Virus record (IMG/VR): IMGVR_UViG_3300028886_000058
Coordinates: 1-64,000 of that record
Reading direction: 5' to 3' (one strand)
DNA: 64,000 bases
From: a virus
Taxonomy: Duplodnaviria; Caudoviricetes
Part shown: piece after piece, positions 1 through 7,157 of the stretch
How the letters are laid out: each line of letters opens with the position of its first letter
Numbering within the stretch: position 1 is the first letter of the stretch
Made by a program: the position numbers and the translations under genes
Notes under the pieces: model-generated
Seen by the model: the letters and a program-made list of their open reading frames with translations, nothing else
Database searches by the model: none
What the model was told of the DNA's origin: nothing

Positions 1-290
1 TAGTTCAACATCACAAATGTTGATCAATTTATGTCATAAATTGAATAATTTTGCCCGACGAATAGACGACGCCTCCAGAGCCCTGCAGCTGAGCGGAGAA
101 CCGTCGCTGGTTATAACGAAACTCAAATATAACCTAATAATACACATAAATAAAAGAAAATTAAAATTCGAGCGATAATAAAACAGATCCAAGATAAACG
201 ATGACCAGAAAGATAACGCGAGCGGACCGGTGCCGGGCCTCCTGGAAAGACTGGAAATATTAAATTTAGTTTACGCGAGGAACAAAAGAA

Positions 291-1433
291 ATGATTTATA
301 TAACAACTTTACAGCACAGAAAACCAAGACAAATAACATGGGAAGATGTTATCGCTGATAAGTTGACACTGAACGATTTTACTTTAGACAATTCAAATTC
401 TTCTGGTACAATAACAAGAAAATATGAATCAATAGAAAAAACAATATTAGACAAAATCAATGTCAATGAAATGATTAAATGGCTTAGCCTATTTAATCAA
501 GAAAACGAAGAATTGTTTAAAGTAGATAGAAACAAATTATATTATAGTTTTAAAATACCTAAATCATCTGGCGGATTTAGACAAATTGATGCGCCAAATG
601 ATAATTTACAAAACGCATTGAGAAAACTAGTTAATTTCTTAAGCGAAGATTGCGGAGTTCTTTACCATACATCCGCATTTGCATACATTAAGAAACGTAG
701 CATAGTAGACTGTGTAGCAAAACATCAAAAAGCAGACAGTAATTGGTTTCTTAAAACTGATTTCAGCGGGTTCTTTCCTTCTACAACGCTTGATTTCGTT
801 ATGAATATGTTTTCGATGATCTTTCCACTTTCGGAAATATGTAAAATAAAAGAAGGAGAAGCGGAATTACGAAAAGCATTGTCGCTAGCCTTTAAAAATG
901 GCGGGCTTCCTCAAGGAACATGTGCATCACCTTTCATAACAAACGCCATGATGATACCCATTGATCATATATTATTTAATAAGCTTACAGAACGCAAATT
1001 AGTATACACACGTTATGCCGATGATATATATGTGTCTGGTGAAGAGTGCTTTCCTTGGAAAGATACTGTAAAACTTATCGAACAAACACTAAAAGAGTTT
1101 AACGCTCCGTTTATCATTAAAAACGAAAAGACTCATTTTGGTAAAAAGGCTGGACGATCAGCTAATTGGATGCTTGGACTTATTTTGAATAAAGATAATG
1201 CAATTACTGTATCCGCGAAGAAAAAAAACTATTTTAAGGCGGCTTTATGCTCGTTTATACTTGATACACTACATAATAAGCCATGGAGCATTGATGACGT
1301 AATGACGCTAAGAGGGCAACTATCATATTATACAATGGTAGAGCCAGATTATTTCAACAAAATAATAACGCAACAAAATAAAAAGTGGAATGTAAATGTA
1401 AAAGATATGTTCAAGAGATATTATAATGGGTAA
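291..1433 (+). CDS. Retron-type reverse transcriptase
   Basis: RT motifs in order: FKIPKSSGGFRQIDAP, HTSAFAY, FLKTDFSGFFPS, GLPQG, YTRYADD, then MLGL at the retron VTG position. About 80 aa N-terminal extension; no maturase or endonuclease domain. Confidence 0.88.
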   Translation: MIYITTLQHRKPRQITWEDVIADKLTLNDFTLDNSNSSGTITRKYESIEKTILDKINVNEMIKWLSLFNQENEELFKVDRNKLYYSFKIPKSSGGFRQIDAPNDNLQNALRKLVNFLSEDCGVLYHTSAFAYIKKRSIVDCVAKHQKADSNWFLKTDFSGFFPSTTLDFVMNMFSMIFPLSEICKIKEGEAELRKALSLAFKNGGLPQGTCASPFITNAMMIPIDHILFNKLTERKLVYTRYADDIYVSGEECFPWKDTVKLIEQTLKEFNAPFIIKNEKTHFGKKAGRSANWMLGLILNKDNAITVSAKKKNYFKAALCSFILDTLHNKPWSIDDVMTLRGQLSYYTMVEPDYFNKIITQQNKKWNVNVKDMFKRYYNG

Positions 1434-1607
1434 TGAAAAGAAATGCTGAAAAGCTCATTTAATGTTATTGGATGAATCACAATAAATAAGTCTCATGTAT
1501 ATATTTAATTAAATTTCCTCCTGAAGGCACACCTAAAGGTGAGCCTTCAGGATTAACTTTAATTAAATATATACATTTTAACTATTACATAGTTTAGTTT
1601 TCATTAC
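1430..1607 (+). ncRNA. Candidate retron msr/msd-like ncRNA, copy 1
   Basis: Terminal inverted repeat GTAATGAAAA (1430-1439)/TTTTCATTAC (1598-1607) with G1440 opposite G1597. GAAA-capped stem at 1441-1460; long hairpin at 1495-1576; followed by a terminator. Confidence 0.75.
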
Positions 1608-1609
1608 AC

Positions 1610-1638
1610 GGAGCGGGATTTTACTCGCTCCTTTTTTT
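1610..1638 (+). terminator. Intrinsic terminator after the RT-ncRNA unit
   Basis: GGAGCGGG/CTCGCTCC stem followed by T7. Confidence 0.8.
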
Positions 1639-1778
1639 AATCTCAAAGATATAAAGGAAACATAAGAAAGGAAGGAAAGCTCTCCCTGTGTGTTTCCTTT
1701 ATGCTTATTTGGAGTCGTGCACCAAATAAGCTGAGCCGTATTAAAGATTACAGTGATAATCTATACGGCTCAATATAT

Positions 1779-1864
1779 GGTGAGGTGACCGAGTGGACTA
1801 TGGTAGCTGTCTTGAAAACAGATGAGCATTCGCTCCGCAGGTTCGAATCCTGCCCTTGCCGCCA
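1779..1864 (+). tRNA. tRNA-Ser(UGA)
   Basis: Acceptor stem GGTGAGG/CCTTGCC, anticodon loop CT-TGA-AA, long variable arm, GGTTCGAATCC T-arm, discriminator G, encoded CCA. Confidence 0.92.
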
Positions 1865-2302
1865 ACAGTTGCGCGTAAGCATTAATGCAGAGCTCGCCAC
1901 TCTGCGCTGCAAATTTAATAAAAAGAGTTTTCTGGATACGAAAATAACAGACTCGTCCGGGGGAAACGCTACAACAACTCTCTTGCTTCAGTATGCTCTA
2001 TAGGCAACCATCGACTCCCTTCAAAAGCAAGTTCTCGTGTTGTTTGGGGCTGTACATTCGCGTGCTACAGTCCCTTTTTTTTCGACATTTTCGAGCGGCA
2101 GAACACTTATTGGTCATTCCGTCTGTATAGTGTCAGACGTTAAAAGTGTGTACAGCACCTCCTTTCTTAAGAAACAACCGACCAATAGGACACTGCTACT
2201 TTCGCCAGCTCAAGCATGAACCCGTAGTAGTGCATGTTTCTCGCTACGCATTAGGGTAGGCAGCTCTAAAAGGCGTTGACCATAGGGTATGGAAGGATGG
2301 TC

Positions 2303-2340
2303 TGGCTATGCGAAACGCCCATAACGCATAGTCATTTTTT
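2303..2340 (+). terminator. Terminator-like hairpin closing the non-coding cluster
   Basis: GGCTATGCG/CGCATAGTC stem followed by a T-run. Confidence 0.55.
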
Positions 2341-2342
2341 AT

Positions 2343-2387
2343 TTCGGTACCTAACTTTGAAGCCTTTCGAAAATTGGTATAAAGGAA
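2343..2387 (+). promoter_or_regulatory. Repeated phage promoter/operator motif, copy 1
   Basis: TTCGGTACC..TGAAGCCTTTCGAAA-N6-ATAAAGGA, nearly identical to 18303-18347. Confidence 0.6.
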
Positions 2388-2434
2388 AAGAAAGTAATTT
2401 CCATTTTGTGGAATTTCTACATACAACAAAATAA

Positions 2435-5260
2435 ATGAAAGGGAGGAGCGTTTTGTCTGTTAAAACCTATTTACAGGAACAAATCAGATTGGTTTCGTTA
2501 TCTAGTTATGATTTATTTACAGAAGAAGAACACGATCTGTATATGCAGATTATTGAATTAAAAAACGAACTAGATAAACTTGACGAAGATGATGAAAAAA
2601 GAAATGATATTCTTGAAGAAAAACAAGTTATAAAAAAGAAACTAGAAGATTTAATATTAAAACACGGTGAAACGCCTCGAGTCGTAAGACTTCAGTCAGT
2701 TATTTATTATCCAAAGGATGCGGACTACCCTTTCCCTGAAGGAATCACATACAAAAGCTTAAAGACTAACAAAAAAATAGCTGAGTTCTGTTGTGAATTA
2801 TCAAGAGCAATGGGATTGGAGAATTTAGATTGCACTTTGGATTTGGTTGTAGTTAAATGGAAAAACCTTGAAGTGCTTCGACAGCTCGTAATGAATGGAA
2901 TAATAATGCCTATATTAACCCAGAATGGGGTTGAAAATAGGCATTATAGATTTTTTACGGCTTCTGCTGGACAATTGAGACGAGACAAACTTGTTCTTAT
3001 TTCAGACGATGCATGGGAAAAAGTCCATAAACGCTTGGAATGCGGTATGAGTTGGGACTTGATTAACGAAAGAGGCTCGTTAAATCAAAACAAGTATCTT
3101 GCTTATCTTGCATTGTCTGCTTCTGCAACAGAAGAGTGGAAAGATTTTGATATTGATCGTTGTATTGTAATACCAGAGTTTGAAGCGCCTGTTACAGACC
3201 GTATGATGTATATTAAACCAGATTACTCATATGAAATAGGTATGAGAACTGTAACTATTGACCATACAGACGGCTGCGGAATGATGTTGCCAGAAGTATC
3301 AAAATCTAATTTTATGGTACGTGGCGATTGGATTAAAGGGTTGCTTGGAAGCTTTGATTTTATAATGTTTTGTACCGTAAATAAAGTTAAGCCGATCATA
3401 AAAGATGCCTGGGGAGTTGAACATGATTTAGTAAAAGAAAGAATTAATATAATTCTTACTACGTCGATGTTTAAACTTTGGAAGCTTTATAAATCATGGG
3501 ATGAATATAAGAAATTCTATAAAGAAAATGACTGCAGATTCTGCAGAACAAACTATGAAGAAGATTATATTAAAGACACAACAATCAATTATCAAATGTT
3601 GCAAACATGCCAATTAATGACGGATGAAGAGATAAAACAATTTACACAAAAAGAACATGATCGCATAAACAGTTTGTGTAAAGATGAAGACGCTATGTTG
3701 AAAACACTAAAAGCAGATACAGAATCTGAACAACCTTACAAAGCAGCTTTAGCGTATTATCCAGAATTATTGAGAGAAGCGTACAGCAGAGAAAGCTTAA
3801 AGAACATAAGAAGACGAATGCTTTTAGATGCTAAATCCGGAAGGTTAAAATGCAGCAACAAACGTTTGTTTGTTTTACCTGACTTTTATGCATGTTGTCA
3901 GCATTGGTTTCTTGGAGAAGAGCAGCCAAAAGGGTTGTTAGCAAAAGACGAAATTGCGTGTAAGGTTTTCAGGCTTCATGATAAAGCCGACGTTCTTCGA
4001 TCTCCTCATTTATATCTGGAACATGCAATACAAAAGATAAGCCACGATCCGAATGTTTATGAATGGTTTTATACGAATGCGGTACACACAAGTATACATT
4101 CGATGATATCACGTATTCTACAATTTGATGTCGATGGCGACCAGTTAAATGTTGTTGTAGATCCATTGTTTGTTGAAGTCGCAGAAAGAAATATAAAAGA
4201 ATTTGATATTGTTCCTTTGTTTTATGATGCTGAAAAAGCTAAAGCCGAGCCTATCACAAAAGAATCTTTATATGAAGGACTTAAACGAGCCCATGAATAT
4301 TCTAATATAGGAGAAATTTCAAATATGCTTACTCGTTTATGGAATAAAGATAATCCAGATAGAGTAGCGGCTGCCCTGTTAACATATTTGAACAATCTAA
4401 GAATTGATGGTGCTAAAACTGGCGTTGTCCATGAATATACTTCATACCCGTCTGTTGCCAAACAAATAGGAAAGGCAACTGGAGGTAAAAACGGACGTAT
4501 GCCATTCTGGTTTAAGTTCTCAAAAAATCAGCGTTCTGAAAAAGATAACAAACAAAAGAAATATGCCGAACCAAACAATTCTACAATGAATCGCATATGC
4601 AGATCGTTCGACGATATAGGGAATATTAATATGAATTACGCTGGCATTCCTCCTTTTAACTGGCAAATGTTATTAAAGGAGCCATGTGCAAATTCATATA
4701 TGGAAATTCCTGAACTATTTTGCGAAATGGATAATGCAAATCTTGCATCAGTCATAGAATCGCAAGAGAATTCATATGCGAATGAAAAACAATTGATAAA
4801 TGGTTATGCTTTAGTGGCAGAAGACATAATCGACCGTCTTGTAGAAAAATGTGGATCTTTGGAAGAAGCTTATCCTCATGTGGCAAAGTATTTATTCGCT
4901 GGTGACGGAATGAATAAGTCTGCGCATAAACAAATGTTCTGGAGAGTGTTCGGTGAGATAGCGCTGGATAATATAAAATGGAATTTAATAAGCTGTGATA
5001 TCTGTCCTGTATGTGGGATGAGAGTTCCAAGTTGGGTAAAAGTTCATAACTGTGTTAAGAATACTCAAGGTTTTTTTGAATGTATTGATTGTCATACAAT
5101 TTGCGAAAGAACAAATTCCAAACAATGTAGATGTGAAGAATGCCAGGACAAATATAAACATAATCAAAAAAGAATAAGACAACGGCAGAGAAGAGAACTG
5201 CAGAAAGAGTTGATGACAAAACGTTCTACTCGCTTGCAATTGTTCTCGACAGAGATATAA
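2435..5260 (+). CDS. YonO-like single-subunit (RdRP-related) phage RNA polymerase
   Basis: ASAGQLR, HTDGCGM, RSPH and catalytic QFDVDGD (DxDGD) motifs; C-terminal CxxC pairs; 941 aa. Confidence 0.82.
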   Translation: MKGRSVLSVKTYLQEQIRLVSLSSYDLFTEEEHDLYMQIIELKNELDKLDEDDEKRNDILEEKQVIKKKLEDLILKHGETPRVVRLQSVIYYPKDADYPFPEGITYKSLKTNKKIAEFCCELSRAMGLENLDCTLDLVVVKWKNLEVLRQLVMNGIIMPILTQNGVENRHYRFFTASAGQLRRDKLVLISDDAWEKVHKRLECGMSWDLINERGSLNQNKYLAYLALSASATEEWKDFDIDRCIVIPEFEAPVTDRMMYIKPDYSYEIGMRTVTIDHTDGCGMMLPEVSKSNFMVRGDWIKGLLGSFDFIMFCTVNKVKPIIKDAWGVEHDLVKERINIILTTSMFKLWKLYKSWDEYKKFYKENDCRFCRTNYEEDYIKDTTINYQMLQTCQLMTDEEIKQFTQKEHDRINSLCKDEDAMLKTLKADTESEQPYKAALAYYPELLREAYSRESLKNIRRRMLLDAKSGRLKCSNKRLFVLPDFYACCQHWFLGEEQPKGLLAKDEIACKVFRLHDKADVLRSPHLYLEHAIQKISHDPNVYEWFYTNAVHTSIHSMISRILQFDVDGDQLNVVVDPLFVEVAERNIKEFDIVPLFYDAEKAKAEPITKESLYEGLKRAHEYSNIGEISNMLTRLWNKDNPDRVAAALLTYLNNLRIDGAKTGVVHEYTSYPSVAKQIGKATGGKNGRMPFWFKFSKNQRSEKDNKQKKYAEPNNSTMNRICRSFDDIGNINMNYAGIPPFNWQMLLKEPCANSYMEIPELFCEMDNANLASVIESQENSYANEKQLINGYALVAEDIIDRLVEKCGSLEEAYPHVAKYLFAGDGMNKSAHKQMFWRVFGEIALDNIKWNLISCDICPVCGMRVPSWVKVHNCVKNTQGFFECIDCHTICERTNSKQCRCEECQDKYKHNQKRIRQRQRRELQKELMTKRSTRLQLFSTEI

Positions 5261-5289
5261 AAAGCGGTGAGTTCTGGCCTTCATACGTT

Positions 5290-5703
5290 TTGTGTAAAGC
5301 AAATACAACATCTACGAAAAGATCAGGATGGCGCGTATTAAAACAGTTTGGAAAAAGAAAACAACAAGACCTTAGAAAAATTCTTGTAACATCAATACAT
5401 GGGCATGAAGACATGCTTGACTATTTATCGGACTATAGAACTCAAGACAGTTTTAAAGGAAAACATTATTATCCAAGCGGAGCATTATGTTGGTTTGAGA
5501 CAAATAAATATGGAGATCCAATAGGTTCTGTTTATTATGTTCGTAAAATACCTGATCTTAATCTTCTTGCTTTGCCGCTAAAACAACGTGGATATAAAAA
5601 ACTCATTGAACAAAAAAACAAAAAGAAGAACATCAATGAGATACTTGCAAAAGAAATAGATTTAGAAGAAAGATCTTTCAAAAAACCACAAATACATCAA
5701 TAA
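5290..5703 (+). CDS. Hypothetical protein (start uncertain)
   Basis: ORF fills the gap between the RNAP and Sak genes; the frame is open back to 5164. Confidence 0.6.
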   Translation: MCKANTTSTKRSGWRVLKQFGKRKQQDLRKILVTSIHGHEDMLDYLSDYRTQDSFKGKHYYPSGALCWFETNKYGDPIGSVYYVRKIPDLNLLALPLKQRGYKKLIEQKNKKKNINEILAKEIDLEERSFKKPQIHQ

Positions 5704-5720
5704 AGAGAGGATAAAATAAA

Positions 5721-6440
5721 ATGCCTGCAAAAAAAGTTGTTGAAGAAAATACAGAAGAAAAAGACGTTGATCTCATACATCAAAATATGAGATTCTATGG
5801 TAAAGTTCAGGACACTCCTAAAGAAGCTCAGAAGTCCTTTAACAATGGTAGGTTTAGTGGTACGGATATTAATCCAATGTGGCGCATTAAGAAACTTACC
5901 GAAGTGTTTGGACCATGCGGCTTTGGATGGTGGACACAAAACGTCAAATATAATTTCGTTACTTCTGAACAGACTAACGAAGTTGCGGTATTTTGTGAAC
6001 TTGAGCTTGTTGTAGTAGATCCGGAAACAGATTTGGAAAGTCATCCAATCTATGGTGTAGGCGGAAACACGTTTGTAGCACAGAGAAAGTCTGGTCCTCA
6101 GTCTTCTGACGAGGCTATGAAGATGGCTTATACCGATGCTCTTTCCATAGCGTGTAAGGCTCTTGGTTTCAGTCATGATATTTATTATCAGGCTGATAGG
6201 ACTAAATATACTTCTATGGAAGCAGAGCCATCTCCTGAAGACTACAAGGTAATTACAGATAGAATCCAAAAGGGTATTGCATTGGTCACTAAAGACATGA
6301 GCAAAGAAGAAAAGGATAAGTTTGGTCAGGATGTAGTAGCAAAATATATTGGTTCAATCAATTATATGACATGCAAAGACATGACTAAGCTTAAGGCATT
6401 GCTCGATGCTCTGCTCGAATTGGCTAAAAAAGCTGCTTAA
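5721..6440 (+). CDS. Rad52/Rad22-family (Sak-like) single-strand annealing protein
   Basis: DINPMWRIKKLTEVFGPCGFGW and EAMKMAYTDAL..ACKALG...DIY motifs; next to ssb. Confidence 0.75.
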   Translation: MPAKKVVEENTEEKDVDLIHQNMRFYGKVQDTPKEAQKSFNNGRFSGTDINPMWRIKKLTEVFGPCGFGWWTQNVKYNFVTSEQTNEVAVFCELELVVVDPETDLESHPIYGVGGNTFVAQRKSGPQSSDEAMKMAYTDALSIACKALGFSHDIYYQADRTKYTSMEAEPSPEDYKVITDRIQKGIALVTKDMSKEEKDKFGQDVVAKYIGSINYMTCKDMTKLKALLDALLELAKKAA

Positions 6441-6606
6441 ACTATACCACCAGTTTAGGCAGTGACACTTGCATTGACCAAGAACTGGTGTTAAGTCACC
6501 CGGAGATGTGCGTCGTCTCCGGGTGTTTGTCTGAATAAAGAAATTATATTTAAGAGAAATGCATCAGACCTTATGGCGCAAATATAGAAATTAGGTGGTA
6601 AGAATT

Positions 6607-6975
6607 ATGGCAAACTGTGCTAAAGTAGGTTTACTCGGTCGTATAACAACTGAACCAGCAAAGAAAGACTGGCAAGGAACAACTGTAGTTTCTTTTTCTA
6701 TGGCAGTTAATACGACTAAAAAAGAGGGAGACAATTACATTTCGGACTTTTATAACATTTCTGTTTGGGGAAAGTCTGCTGAATTTATTCTTCCTCGCAT
6801 ATCCAAAGGCTCTATGGTTCAGGTATATGGCGACCTGATTCTACAGAAGTATACTGCCAAGGATGGCACTGAGAAACAGTCATTAAGTGTTCGTGCAACT
6901 GAAGTTATCCCGTTAAATTTCGGCAAAAAAGAAGACAAGAAAACCGAAGCTAACGACGATCCGCCTCCGTTCTAA
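6607..6975 (+). CDS. ssb: Single-stranded DNA-binding protein
   Basis: OB-fold pattern LLGRIT..., FSMAVN, VWGK.AE, KGSMVQVYG; acidic DDPPPF tail; RBS AGGTGG before ATG 6607. Confidence 0.92.
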   Translation: MANCAKVGLLGRITTEPAKKDWQGTTVVSFSMAVNTTKKEGDNYISDFYNISVWGKSAEFILPRISKGSMVQVYGDLILQKYTAKDGTEKQSLSVRATEVIPLNFGKKEDKKTEANDDPPPF

Positions 6976-7119
6976 TTTAACATGAGGCAAAGTCGAAAGA
7001 CTCTGCTAATGTTATTAACAGAAACAAGAAGGTACACATATGGACTTTTACAGCTCTCCAAAACTGAGCTGTAAAAGTCTAATTTAACACTCACATATTT
7101 AGCTCATGTAAATAGAACG
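6968..7119 (+). ncRNA. Candidate retron msr/msd-like ncRNA, copy 2 (orphan)
   Basis: Terminal stem CGTTCTA..TTTA..CATGAG / CTCATG-TAAA-TAGAACG with G6987 opposite G7102. Same GAAA stem, AATGTTATT and TTTAAC-N4-ACATA-TTTAG motifs as copy 1; 15-bp hairpin at 7042-7080. Confidence 0.72.
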
Positions 7120-7157
7120 ACAAAAGAAATAAATTAAACAAAAGAAAGGAAAACACT

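Noticed and set aside
291-1433. RT as part of a diversity-generating retroelement or group II intron
   Set aside because: LPQG/YADD and the flanking motifs fit retrons. No Avd gene, no TR/VR pair differing at adenines, no maturase domain and no domain V were seen.
1701-2429. ORFs 1701-2003, 2037-2219 and 2244-2429
   Set aside because: They overlap the tRNA and hairpin-rich region and lack protein-like features; likely spurious.
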